Source: Paraglomus brasilianum
Lineage: Eukaryota
DNA: 64,000 nt
Direction of reading: 5' to 3'
NCBI GenBank assembly: GCA_910592345.1
Contig: CAJVPI010000044.1
Span: 1 to 64,000 of the forward strand
The position numbers were made by a program, and so were the translations under genes. Below the pieces are notes generated by a model. The model saw only the letters and a program-made list of their open reading frames with translations, was not told where the DNA came from and ran no database searches. This document shows positions 24,931-37,529 of the stretch, piece after piece (the first letter of the stretch is position 1; every line of letters begins with the position of its first letter).

Positions 24931-26627
24931 TCATCGAAATTCAAATGATGGGAACGAATTGTCTGGGCAATGGCGTAGTTTGAGTTCTTGGAACCTACAT
25001 GAGCAATAAGTATTTGGTTAGCAAGAATAGTTTGGAAAAAAGTTTGGATAAAAAAATGCCAAATAACACTAAGAACTAATTCTGACAATCCTGTCGTCCC
25101 AAAACAACAGCATGCTTTATCCTCCTTGGTACATAAATAATAATAACAACCACGAATAAGGAATCCGCTTACCACTCTGAATTTTTATGGTAGTAGAACC
25201 CAGTAATCACGCCGGTACTAGATTGATAGCATATATAGTAAAACCCAGCAAAACTTGCACCATTTATAGTTTTGACTCTATGATCTGGTACAAGAAAATG
25301 TTCTTTCCATCGCATGAAAATGAAGTCCTTGTTGTGGAAATCATAAGAAAAGCCATCGAGTTTCATTGATTTGTGGATTGGTCGGAAGGCTGGGAAGCGA
25401 GTCTATATACGAAAAAAGATGGAACGATAGGATGAATAAAAAAATTTGAAACTTTTTTGTGTTCCTAGCTTTCTAGAATATTAATTATTTTGTTATGTAT
25501 CCGTTATTACATAACTCTTGTCCACTAATTTCAATTCCTCTTTCCTTCTCCATCGCTTACGCTCCACCCTCACGCCTTTCCTTCTCCATCCCTTACGCTC
25601 CACCCTTACGTCTTTCCTTCTCCATCCTTTACGCCTTTCCGTCTCCATCCCTCCTCGCTCTTTATTGCCTTTTTGTAAACCCACTTACCCAGTGTTGGAT
25701 ATCAATATTATCATTCGCATCCCACTTCTTTGTTAGAAAACTATGTTTTCTGCCTATAATCTCGGCTTCAAAGAATGTAGTCAATTCCGGATAATCCTCG
25801 GTAAGGCCTTTGATATGGAGATATCCACAAAGAGAAGATTCTGCAAGATTTACGTGCTGATGACGTTGTTTCATCGGAATTGATATAGTAATTAATATGT
25901 TTATGTTAGTGAATATTGTTGCGAGTGATAATGTGCACTTTGGTGAGAAAGTGGGTAAGACTGGAGAGAATGGATCTGAGATAATATTTTATGTACAAGT
26001 GATGCCGATGTAGGTAATCAGGGTTAGTGTAATATATATAAAGTGGTTTGCTTTTTAACAAGACTTTGTGTATGAATATTATATATATTTTTGTAACTCT
26101 ATTTGTATAAATTATATGTTCAGCTATCGAATTGCAATGGTTTACACTGATTCCATTTCCATTAACACTCACATGATGCTATGCGTACCACGGTTTGTCC
26201 CATACATGGCCCTTCCACCATTCTCTTTCCCATTCTCTGTCCCTCCTCCTCCCCCACCTCAATCTCTCTTTGTCCCTCCTCCCCCCCTTTGTCTTTCTTT
26301 CTTTTCTTCACCTTTCTCTAATTAATACCATACCTGAATATGCACAGCAACCTCATAACTGCTTCTTCCACTTCTCTGCTCTCCTTTGAACCTCGAACCC
26401 GAATACAATGAGCAAGTGGTACTCGGCCATAACCTTACGTTCGATATTTCGGTGGTGAGTGATTGTCTCTGATTTCTCTTTGGTACAATTTGTTCTTTCT
26501 TAATTAAATCGCGTTTTTGTCCTTCTGCATTGTGTTTGTGGTTTGGATCGTGACATGTGCCTTCTACACAGGCACACTTATCGGCTGAATCATGGGAGGT
26601 AGATTGCGGATTTGAGAATACGGGCAT
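24931..26627 (-). CDS. GID4: GID/CTLH ubiquitin ligase substrate receptor Gid4/Vid24 (4 exons)
   Basis: [73 protein letters not shown]-terminal FEFR. Confidence 0.95.
25542..25652. repeat. Pyrimidine-rich ~36-bp minisatellite in a GID4 intron
   Basis: TTCCTTCTCCATCSCTTACGCTCCACCCTYACGYCT twice plus two partial copies. Confidence 0.85.
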
Positions 26628-29600
26628 TTAATGATAATATAAGGTAGTAGTTTTAGCAGTAAAATTATATGCAGTGTCGTGCGATGTGTCGTATAGTCTT
26701 GTAGTAAACGGATGCTGTAAGGGTATTTATATGTCACCAAACACTGTAATAGGATGAGCAATTTTTTTTTGTTGTGTGGCTGTAGATGAAAAATTTTCTT
26801 TGAATGTGATATTGTTATTGTTATGTGTGTGTGTATGTGTATGTGTTTATGTGTTTGAGCGCATACACTACAACAAAAAAACACAAGTTAAGATGACGCC
26901 ACATAAATATTGTAGGGGTAGGAATCCAACGCCACAACAATGTTGGGGTCATTATTTACATTACTGTCTCGTTCGCGCCAACTGTTAGCATTAATTGGTT
27001 CAAACTGAGCATTTGCATTGGACGTGTGGGTTTGTATCAGCGGAAGATGAAACCACGATCATCGCTGTCTAGCGAAATGGCTGGCATGAATTGATCAAAG
27101 ATTAATAAAGATCACGAAAACTCATTCCTCTTTAACTTTTACCCGAAAAATTGGGTAACTATAATTGTTAGATTTGCTCACTTCCAGACCGCGATGGATT
27201 CTGCTTTTTAAGCTTTGGACGCGCATTTTGAAGAAGATATACCACTCGGTATCTTTCTATTGAAAGAGAAAACCCCCACCCTAAACTTGATTTTGCTAAA
27301 TTGACATATTTTAGGGGTCGTATGTTTTATAAAACGTTGTGATCACGTAGCAGTTGTTCGGGTGTCACGGTTGTTAACTTGTTTCATTAAAGTTGTTCAC
27401 AGTAATATTGCGGGCATTGTCCACAAAATAACGTATTGTCTCATCCATTATCGGCAATGGCCTGTCATTGGTTTTTATGCTGAAATGGGCGGTAATTTCT
27501 TTATAATGGGACTGATGTTCTCATTGGTAATAATTCCAATCTTTGTCGGTAACATGGAAACATATTAAATGAGCAAAAGCCGGCTTTTTACAAGCTTTGT
27601 CTTGAATTGAAGACAAACTGATGGCTCATGCTTGCTTGTTTGTAACGTCATACCAAGCGGGGGGAAGGGGGTCTCCAGGCTATAAAGTGAGATATAACAA
27701 TTAAAGATGGAAGTTAATATTAACCCCCCCATTAAAACCCGGTTTTGCGTGTGAGGGAATTTTCCCCCAATATCCGAAGTTCTATTGTAGTGAGGTAGGC
27801 TGTGCGTTTTGTGCAGCAGCTCCACAGATAACAATAAAGTAAATGACCCTTCTGATCGTATATGCAGGTTGTCCCTCATCACCCTGTGTTTGTTTCTTGT
27901 GTTTTGTTTGACCTTTTCCCTCTTTCTATAGACGTTGGAAACTCATCCTTTCCCCTGCTATAAAAGTTATTTACTATTATTGTTTTATTGTTATTGTTGT
28001 GCGCATGCATTGCAGAAATCACATCAATTGTTACCTATAGATACGAGATGTATAAAACGCTGTCATTTCTGCATGCCGTCTATTCTTTGTTCTCTTTCAT
28101 TGTTTCTTTGCTCACATTATCTCATATTATCCTTGCAGCATGTCCCCACACCCCCCGAGTCCTTTGTGCGGTTACTCCGTGCCCTTGCATCCTCTTCGGC
28201 TGTCATATTATGCAGACAATGTGGAGAACAAATGACACTGACGTAATTGTGTCAATCAATGCATTATCAGGATGTTAAACTGATCAATAAAGGAACTGCA
28301 TGCACATGCGATTGGTGATAAAAATAAGTCACTCGCAAAAATTTATGTACGAGCGAGCTTGCTCCACTGACAAGTTTTAGGGATACAAATTAGTGCATCT
28401 GTAATAACCCTGCTTTTGATTATTTACCCTCCGAATAAGATTAGTGAAGCCAAAACAAATGTTACGGTCTTACCTTATTTGTTCGAAGAGATTGTCAACT
28501 CGCCTTCTACCGCCCTATTGTGGGCTTTCCGTGTAAAATTTTGTTAAAATGAGCTCCGTAGTAGAAAAAAAATTTTTGAATGGAATCTAATAAGTCAGGT
28601 GCGCAAAAAATTTTATTTTTTTTTTCAATATATTAAATTTCGCATTATCGTTACGCCAGCTCGTGACGCCCATTTAGACTTGAGAAAGACTTATTTAATA
28701 AAACGGTAACCCCATTCTATTTTCTTATGCATGCATGATGTCGATTACGGTTCTTTCTGGGGACATTCATTCCTCAACCCATCAACGTTTACCTTGCGAT
28801 GTGCTTGCTCATGTATGCAAGGGAGGGTGTAGAGATCGATAGCCGAGGATAACCACACACACACATCAGGGTCTTTTTTCACGCCACAATTGTGTGGTCC
28901 TTTCTGATAATAATTTAATTGATCAATAGCGACAAGCTGATTAGCTGCTTATCTCGTGTTTGAACAACTTCTTCCTTGATAGGTTTAAGGTGCAAACGTT
29001 GGGAGCCTGAATATGTCAAGTGGTCTTATAATTGGACTTTTTTAATTAGCAAACTCTTCTTTAGCTTAGCAGACTAACAAAAAATGGTTGATGTGGCTAG
29101 AATATTGACCAATGTGAATGCGCTTTAGTGGATAGCTGTGGCTCATGCATAAGACTAATAATATAGGATTATGTATATATAGAAAACATCAATATAATTC
29201 TACCGTAAAATCAAAGAATTACTGTACAATCAGAAGTATTTTAAGAAACAATTGTTCCGTATGTTTCTAAGATCAATAATACCAATTCTCTAGATAGAGA
29301 AACAATTGTTGTAAAGTTTATCAAGAACAAAAAATAAAACCATGAATTGAAGAAATATAAAAAGTATGTTTAACACAAAAGTCCCTACCAAGGCCTCCAC
29401 TAATCGAGTGTTCCAATTAATAAAAATTCGTTCTTTGACTTGTTGATAAAGACCGCTTGAGCGCTTCGTTGAGTTTTGATTCGCATTTCACTACTTTGAC
29501 ACAATTGTAAGTACAATTTGAATACTAATACGATCGCGCTTGAAGACATAAAAATAATAATATTGTTATCAATGATTATAATCTATTCTTTGGTCACTAC

Positions 29601-31653
29601 AAATAAATTTCACTATTCTTGTTACTAATGGCGTCTTTGACACCATTGTTAATGTTGTTTGTTTTTTTTTTTAATTTATTATAATTGTCTTCACTCTTTA
29701 CATATTCCACTCTGTTTTTTTTCGTGGAGTAGTTCTTTGAAGATAAAAGCTTCTTATCATAGATGTAACAACAGCCTTTGCCTAATACAAAGTTCTTCAG
29801 ACATATACTTTTTCCACAGAAAGCCAGCTGCACTATTATTATTAATTTTACACATCATAATGTGTGGTACTAGTACAGTGTTTGCTTAATTAATAATGCA
29901 ACAACAGTTTGTGTCAGAGAGAAAGTAAAGTACAGATCCCTTTCTTCTGTGCATGACTTCATATAACTCTTTGTCCCAATGGTGACCACCACCATCCATT
30001 TATATTTAAAGGCTTACTTTTCCCTGTTTTGCATTAATATTAAGCATTTTGCAGTTCAATAAACAGTAAGTATAAGATAGTTGCCCATAAAAAGTTGTAA
30101 GCAGCACAAAAAGCAAATGGTTCAATAAATACAGCTAAAATTGGTTCTGTTGAGGAGTGTGGTTCAAGTACACAGCCCTTGAAACATCCAAGTTTGGCAT
30201 GTTGACTACCAAAGCCCTTCATCATCTGTTGTAGTAGTTTTAACATCCTGTCTTAGCAGCAAGGCAAAAGGTGTTATTATTCTTTTCAGATGGCCTAAAC
30301 CAGCTTCCATGATTTTCATTTGCTTGGTGTCAGTGAACAAAAGTGCTCCTCCAGAATAATACACAAGTGTTATACACTTATCCAATTCAACATCAAATCA
30401 ACAGTATTAGTATTGGGTTGCTGTATAGTGACAATATCATACACAATGACTCTTCCTGTAATATATAATAGTAAATAGTGTTGAAGTTTTCCATATCTTT
30501 TCAACAGCAGGAACTGGTAAGTATAATAAATGGTCAAAATCCATATTGTTTATATTGTTTAGTCTGGAAAAAAGTCAAGTATTGCTAGTAGATATGATGA
30601 AAGTGGAATTTATCACAATGAAAACAAAGCAATAGCATCCATTAACAAGCTAGTATACTGGAAGAGGGCATCCAGGAGTAGGCATTATTATTATAAGCCG
30701 CAGAAAGTGAGTTATACTGCAACTTCTAATCCAAATATTAATATTGGTCCAGGGCTAACCATACAGGTGCATCCAGAGTATACTACTGTAAAAAAAGCAG
30801 CTCCGAGTTTGTCGCTCGAGATAAAAGCGCATACATATTGATAACAGCACTTTGCAGGTCTTCTCTGCGTGGCACGCGTTCATATTCAAACAAGACAGAT
30901 TGCAAATTATTGACAATTCTTGGTTTTCCCTATGTAACAGATTTTCAGCCACTTATTCTTATTGAGTATTGTTAAGCGGTTATTGTATCTGAAGTTACGC
31001 TGCCACTGGAAAAATGCCTGAACGAACTAGTGGCTGCTAATTCCTTTTAAGGTGACTCGTAGTAAATGTAGCTTGGCGTGGGTGACGTACCATGAAAACT
31101 TTCGCTTGTATCAACAACGCGTCTTGTCCTATGCGCATCCATACGATGGCAAGAATAATTCTCTAAGATGCACTCTATTCTTCGTCTCTTGTGCGTTCTG
31201 CATAGCACTATTACTATATTGACACCAAGTTTCACCAAAATTGCTTACAAACTGACAAAGTTTACGCGTGATACTGTTTGAGTACACCCTTACCACAAGA
31301 CTACTTATACTGAGGCACACACTTTGCTGGTACTTCTTCCACATAGTTGAAGTGGTTTGAACACAGGTGCAAGCAATAGCAGAGGTTCCATTGATGCAAG
31401 CTCTTATAGCAGTCCTTTTGAGTGCCTAGGCCCATTGGGAATAACTGGTGTTGAAGGTAGCCAGGATTTGGATTTGAAGTTGTATCTCACCTCAAATTAT
31501 GCTCATTCCAGGTTGCATTTTCCTGGTGATTATGTACCTTCTAATACTAGAATTGAGTTGCTACTAATTCCTTTTGTTACAGGTTATTGGGCAAATCAAA
31601 CCTTGAGTCTTTTCTGAGGTACCATAGGAAGATGTGTCCAGGTGGGGAGGCAA

Positions 31654-31759
31654 TCATTTCACTGACAATCATTTCACTGACAAATCTTCACCAACATTAT
31701 TTCGAAGTTATCCTTTTTTGGTAGTTAATTGTCAGTAAAATGTACTGTCAGTGAAATGA
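31654..31759. mobile_element. Small MITE-like inverted-repeat relic
   Basis: TCATTTCACTGACA (tandem pair at left) and its exact reverse complement at 31746-31759, in a CpG-depleted block. Confidence 0.5.
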
Positions 31760-33163
31760 CCTGTGTTCATTGTATTTTGTCGATGTTATGTCTGGACAGA
31801 ATTATATTGAGGACCTCAAAGCTATCAATGATCTAGCAAGCTCTGCCAAAGCACTTGACATTCCTCGGGTGAGTAACTTTTTTTGGAAGGAGAAGAAGGC
31901 AGAGCCAAGATACATCATTGGCCACTGTTGCAGGTGCAACTTGCAATGGGAACAGTTATGACTCTGTCAATGAGCATACAATAGTATGAACACTTGTGTT
32001 TCTCCTCTAGGGGGCTTCCACAGCTCAATGTCTGCACCCTAGCATCCTAGATTCATCAGAGGACTAAGAGTGAGTGTTGTGTTTGTCCACTCCTTCATTC
32101 TATCTATCTTTCTTTCTTTCTTTCTTTACTTGTTTTGCTTATGGTTAACTTGATATTATAATTAATCTCCTTTTTTTATTGAGACTGAGATGCAATCTGA
32201 TGCTGTCAATGCATTTGGCTGAAATAACTCAGATCAGAATGCTGGAGGTTGTGACCTCAGGCAGTGAAAGATTATGATGACTCATCCTTTACTACTACCA
32301 CTACTCTAGACAAATGTATAGGTTTTAACTAGTGACTAGTTTCCTTTTCTGATGCTCAGGTTTATAAGAGTCAATCATGGATAGATTATTAGAGTAGGAT
32401 ATCATAAATATGATATAGATTTATATGTATTATATTGTTTATTTATTTATTTTTTATCTATGTAATAATGGTGTTTGACACTACTTGAGGACACTTCTAT
32501 TCAGTAGACAAAATTTTTTCTTATAGACAGTGTTTTTGTTACTTTGAACATTTTGGTAGAGTAAAGAGCAAAAAAATTGTCTTTACTATTCTGAGTTATG
32601 CTCTTAAGTTTCCAGATAAAAGCACAGCAGTGTGCCTATAAACCAGAGCTTGAAATTAGTGTTTATATTGTGATGCAAAATAAATGTGACTTTGCAGTAA
32701 TTGTAAGTTAGGCTAACACGCGTTTGATTATACACTCAATTGTCTAAACATGTGTTTCAATAAAAGAACGCGTATTTTTGAGATTGCAATCCTCAAGCTT
32801 GACAAAAAAGTGAGTTTATGTCACATGTGATGCTATATGTTTTTCTCATTATACAGTTATAGAGGAAGTGCAAAGTTACAAAATGTCTTAACCACAAAGA
32901 TTATGAAAAAGAATGGGATTCTTTCCTTCAGCCGACAGTTTAAATTCATTTACGTGAAAACAGTAGCCACGTACATATTCTCAAAAATGGTCAAATTACG
33001 TCAGACAATAATTCTCACGTTTAAACTAACAAGTGTCCACTCTGCCAGAAAAAGATATTATCAATGTCTGTTCTTTGTGTTCAATTCAACGGCGAGTTGA
33101 ATTTGTAATTATTGATCACTAAGCTTATTCTGTCATGTTATAAGAGGCAAGTCCTGAGATATA

Positions 33164-34016
33164 CGTGGGTGGATCAAAAAGTTCTTGCCACTTGCTTTAT
33201 TTCGAAAAACTAAATAATAATTTTAAAACTAAATAAGCTATTTCTTCAAAATAGTCATCTCTTACCTTTATATATTTTTGTAATCTCTCATAAGACTTGT
33301 GATATTCTCTTGTGGGATACTATCAACAATTGCCTGAAGAGCCCTAACAGATTTTAATCCTGTTATTCTTCCTTATTACAAGTGCTTTCTTAATTCTAGG
33401 TAAAATAAAACAAATTAGACGACGTTATCTATAGGCTTAGAATGGAATAGCAATAATTCGACTCGTATTTTGCTTCAAAAATACCATATTCTTAGATGTG
33501 CGATGAGGTGTAAGCATTGTCAATGCAATAGCACATTGCGGACAGTTGCTCTTTCCTAATTTCTTTGTACCTTCAAAAAACAAAAGGTAGGATGTAATTA
33601 GAATAAAGCTCACTTACTCTCGTATCTCTTTATATTAAGCATATTGAGGATATTTCCAAAATTGCTTCGCAAAGGCCTTCTGGATCAAGGGTCGTCTTCC
33701 AAGTAGTTTTTTCCATCATTGAAAATTTTTAACCAGCTGTCAAACTGTGCATAATGTTAGTGCATTATGTGTACAAGACTTCATTAATATTGCATTAATT
33801 TTACTAATATCTATCGCGTCTTGCAATATGTAGAATCGTAGGATCGGTATTATTCGAGCCAGTGGTTTCGATGAACAAACAAACTTTGACGTCTAACCAA
33901 ATTGATTTGGTTTGAAGATCAGAACTTGAGCTTTTATTTGATTAGTATCATGTTGTCATAGGTCATCAGCCCGTAAAACGAGAGGCATACAACAAGAACT
34001 TTTTGATCTACCCACG
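33164..34016 (-). mobile_element. Degenerate mariner-type element
   Basis: TA TSDs; TIRs CGTGGGTGGATCAAAAAGTTCTT / AAGAACTTTTTGATCTACCCACG (1 mismatch); mariner-like C-terminal DDYFEE on the minus strand. Confidence 0.85.
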
Positions 34017-35729
34017 TATCTGTAATTAGTTTCTTATTATACATGTATCTTGAAGTATTTTACTAACAGTTTGATTTTTAATTTCAGTAGTCATTATTCT
34101 AGATCTAAATAAAAATATCAAGCGCTACTAAAGAAGCGACTGTCTCATTTAAACCTGCTCCCTCGTGAGTTTACAAAAATCAAGCAAGTCAATATCAGGA
34201 CCGATTATATGTTGTCGTATCAGTATATCAATGATATAAAGTATTTGAGCACGGGCTCCTTTCTTCCTAAATGCTTCGTGAATTTACTAGTTCGTTGACC
34301 ATGTTACTAGACTATCCGACTTGCCTGCGGAAGGTTTTTTTTTTCTTCAATCGTGCAGCATTGAATGTATCTTTTATTGGTATTTTTGAGAAAACAATCG
34401 AATTAATAGCATTTCACTTATTCTGTATTAACAATATACATGATCGCGCATATATCGATATATATATTTATATATTTACTTGTTCGAACAAACTATTTAT
34501 TATGAGTATTAGATGGAAGAATCTGTCCATGCCAAACACAATGTCCGTCCCCTGACACTATTTCTCGATCATCTGGGGCTCATAATTCTAATGGCCACAT
34601 GTACGTTGACGATTATCCAAAGTTAACAAGACGTGGGGCCTGGTTCACCAACTTGGCTCGTACTACTGCCCCACGTTATTTGTACGCCAGACTCGGTGCC
34701 ACGTGTAAAATCACTTGATGAGATTATTTACTAATCGTACCACTTTCTTACTAAGCGAAGATATGGGTATGAGCTGATTATAACGATCCCGGAGATGCGT
34801 CTTGCTATATTTTTTGCATGGAAATTTTTAGCTAAACCAAACACTTATTCATTCCTATCGAACCGAGGCAATCAACAACCTGTATCCCTTAAGAAAGCGG
34901 GGTAAGAACGTACGTCTAATCAGAATAATCTAAAAACTATGTACGACATGAACCATGTATGGTATACAAGATAAAGATAACGATAACGATAAAGTGTATA
35001 GGGTGATTTTTTTGTGTCTCACACATCAAGTGCAATTATGCTTGTCAATGCAATACGGAAATCACCTAATACTAATTCAGTCAAAGTCAGCATAAAGTAA
35101 AATTTGCGTCGGTCATTTATCTCATAACCCATGTTTGTATCAAGGCCGTAGTATTAATAGTCAACATTGAAACGACCTGCGTTGACGTTATTGTCATAAT
35201 GGTATATAGAAACATGCATTGCAGTGCGAAAACCGTGTTGTTATCAACAATTAATTAATAATATTCAAACAGAGCACACCATTTATATGCTTTTCTCAAT
35301 ACACTTTATTAGCGCGTTAAAGAGAGTAAATTCCATTGCATTCTAGTGACAAATATTACGAAAGTACCCGCTTCACTACAGCAAAACTACTTCGAATTGC
35401 TTCTGCATAATAAAGTAAACTATATACCCAACAAATAAAACCAAAGTGAAAAAAGAATAAAATATCAAAAAAAAAAAGAGGAAAAAAACTGTGAAGCCAT
35501 AAGTTGATCTCTTTATATAAACTTATAGAAAAGTAGAAAGTAAATTAGTAAAAGAGACCTTCATAAAATATGAGTCATATGGATTGACAATATTAGTGCT
35601 CGTCAAATCATAACATCCTCACATTCCGCCTGTGATAATCATGTCCACAAATGCCGACATGGACTACATCAGAGTATTCAACATGCGGCCAAAGTGAAAA
35701 ATATGTTGTCGTTTTAATTGGCACTGACA

Positions 35730-37529
35730 TTACTGACTGGTATTCACCGACGCCATGGCTCTGTCCAAACCATCGAGAATAGCCGTGGTACGGTTGAGGA
35801 GCATAGATAAATGAGAAACTTCCCGTTGAAGTTCTTGCCTATGAGCCTGGAGAACACTGGTGATGTTATGATCAACCGAAGCGGAAGCAGAGGATGGGTT
35901 AGACTGGCCGGCATTCAAAGAGCGTATACCCAAACCCACAGAAGAAATTGGAGGCAACTGCGGAGAGGGGGAAGGATTCAACAGGGCATTGATGGAGGAA
36001 GAGGAAGGTGGGCTCGGCATGGTAATCGCCGGAGTATGTACGGGAGATTGCGCATAAATTGGGGATGTACTTCCACTATGCAATGGCGAACAGTTTGCAC
36101 TTTCGTTTCCACTGTTAAACACTGACGGCAAGGGGCAATCTGGAGTGCCCATATATCCACCACTATTTCCACCACGGTGAATCTGAACTGCGTTAGGTTC
36201 AACAGGAGACAAACACCTTCTTCGATCTTCGTCGGACGCATGTCCATATAAATCCCCACCGTTCTTCTTAGTAGCAATATAGTCTTCGATAGCTGGGACA
36301 GCACGCTCGTTACAGTGCCTCTTGGGAACAAGGCATTCGTCAAAGACATTCTTACGTTTGGGAGCACGACGGACCGGAAGTTCGTCTTCCTCAGAGGTAG
36401 GATAATCACGATCAGAACCGGAACTACTTGGGGTCGGAGGATGTTGGATAACTTCTTCGTGACGTGATGAAATGTGAGTTTCGTTGTCACTTGCATGCCC
36501 GGTCATTCTATGTTGGTGGTGTCCACGAGCACTAGTTCCATTTCCTCCGTTAATTCCCGTGTGCACGTTTCCATTTCCCGCGACAACACCGTTTACACTT
36601 CCGTTAGCCAATGCTACTCTCTTCCTTCGTTTTATAACACTTCTCTTCATGGTAACTGGCCGATGTACGCTATGAAGTTTATAGTATAGGCCGCAGGCAT
36701 TGCAAATAGTATTGCCACCTTCGTCTCGACGCCAAAGCGGAGTGGTATTTGTGCCGCAGTTAGCACAGACAAGTGCTTGCCTATTTACTTGATGTTGGTT
36801 ATAAGCGGGGCAGCCATTACACGATGACGGTCCGCCTGTTCCGTCACAATGCCCGTCTCCCGGACAGGTACCCGCTGGAAGGATAGGAGATTGGGAAGAA
36901 GGTGGTGTGGGTTTTTTGATATTGTTGCGTTTCAGCCACGGTGGACGCACAGTATTGCGGGCTTTCAAGTATAAGCCTAGAAGAAACGAATGATTGATTA
37001 AGACAAGGCAATGATTAAATAAAAGATGGACAGGGACAATAATATTGATATTGCACGAATACATGGTAAGCATTTCTACTAAATCAATTTCATAATACTT
37101 ACCACATGCGTTACAGATAGTCTCTCCAGTAGGAGCTCTTCGCCACAACGGAGTAGTGGTGGTCCCACAGTTCGCACAAACAGTAGCAGATACAGCATGA
37201 CCTCCTTCTGCCTTACTAGGTTTTTGATGCCTTCTACCAGCGATAGATTGCTGGTTTTGTTGCTGTTGTTGCATCAACTGGTGATGATGGTGATGATGGT
37301 TGACCAGCTGTTGTTGCTGTTGGGGATGGTCATCACCTTGTATATTTTGTTGACCTTGTTGATCGTGATGAAGATGGGAGAAACCATCACGATGGCCTCG
37401 ATGGTGATTATGGTTCTTATTCAGGTTTGGTGAAAGCATATTTAAAGAGCGCTGTTGATGCGATTGGATTCCGGCGTCGGGGTTTTTTTGCTGGATGGAA
37501 GGAGCAATGGAGTGATTATGATCTTTCAT
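35730..37529 (-). CDS. sreA: SreA/Urbs1/Fep1-type iron-responsive GATA repressor (557 aa after splicing)
   Basis: Two CANCGT..TPLWRR...CNACG zinc fingers flanking the Cys-rich CPGDGHCDGTGGPSSCNGCP motif; C-terminal coiled coil (RQELQREVSHL); intron 37102-36977. Confidence 0.93.
   Translation of the reverse strand: MKDHNHSIAPSIQQKNPDAGIQSHQQRSLNMLSPNLNKNHNHHRGHRDGFSHLHHDQQGQQNIQGDDHPQQQQQLVNHHHHHHQLMQQQQQNQQSIAGRRHQKPSKAEGGHAVSATVCANCGTTTTPLWRRAPTGETICNACGKYYEIDLVEMLTMYSCNINIIVPVHLLFNHCLVLINHSFLLGLYLKARNTVRPPWLKRNNIKKPTPPSSQSPILPAGTCPGDGHCDGTGGPSSCNGCPAYNQHQVNRQALVCANCGTNTTPLWRRDEGGNTICNACGLYYKLHSVHRPVTMKRSVIKRRKRVALANGSVNGVVAGNGNVHTGINGGNGTSARGHHQHRMTGHASDNETHISSRHEEVIQHPPTPSSSGSDRDYPTSEEDELPVRRAPKRKNVFDECLVPKRHCNERAVPAIEDYIATKKNGGDLYGHASDEDRRRCLSPVEPNAVQIHRGGNSGGYMGTPDCPLPSVFNSGNESANCSPLHSGSTSPIYAQSPVHTPAITMPSPPSSSSINALLNPSPSPQLPPISSVGLGIRSLNAGQSNPSSASASVDHNITSVLQAHRQELQREVSHLSMLLNRTTAILDGLDRAMASVNTSQ

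Noticed and set aside
30200..30320. Ankyrin-like fragment (RPSEKNNNTFCLAAKTG)
   Set aside because: A single weak match in a stop-riddled region
35811..36689. Alternative-frame and antisense ORFs over sreA
   Set aside because: Shadow ORFs of a GC-richer coding exon
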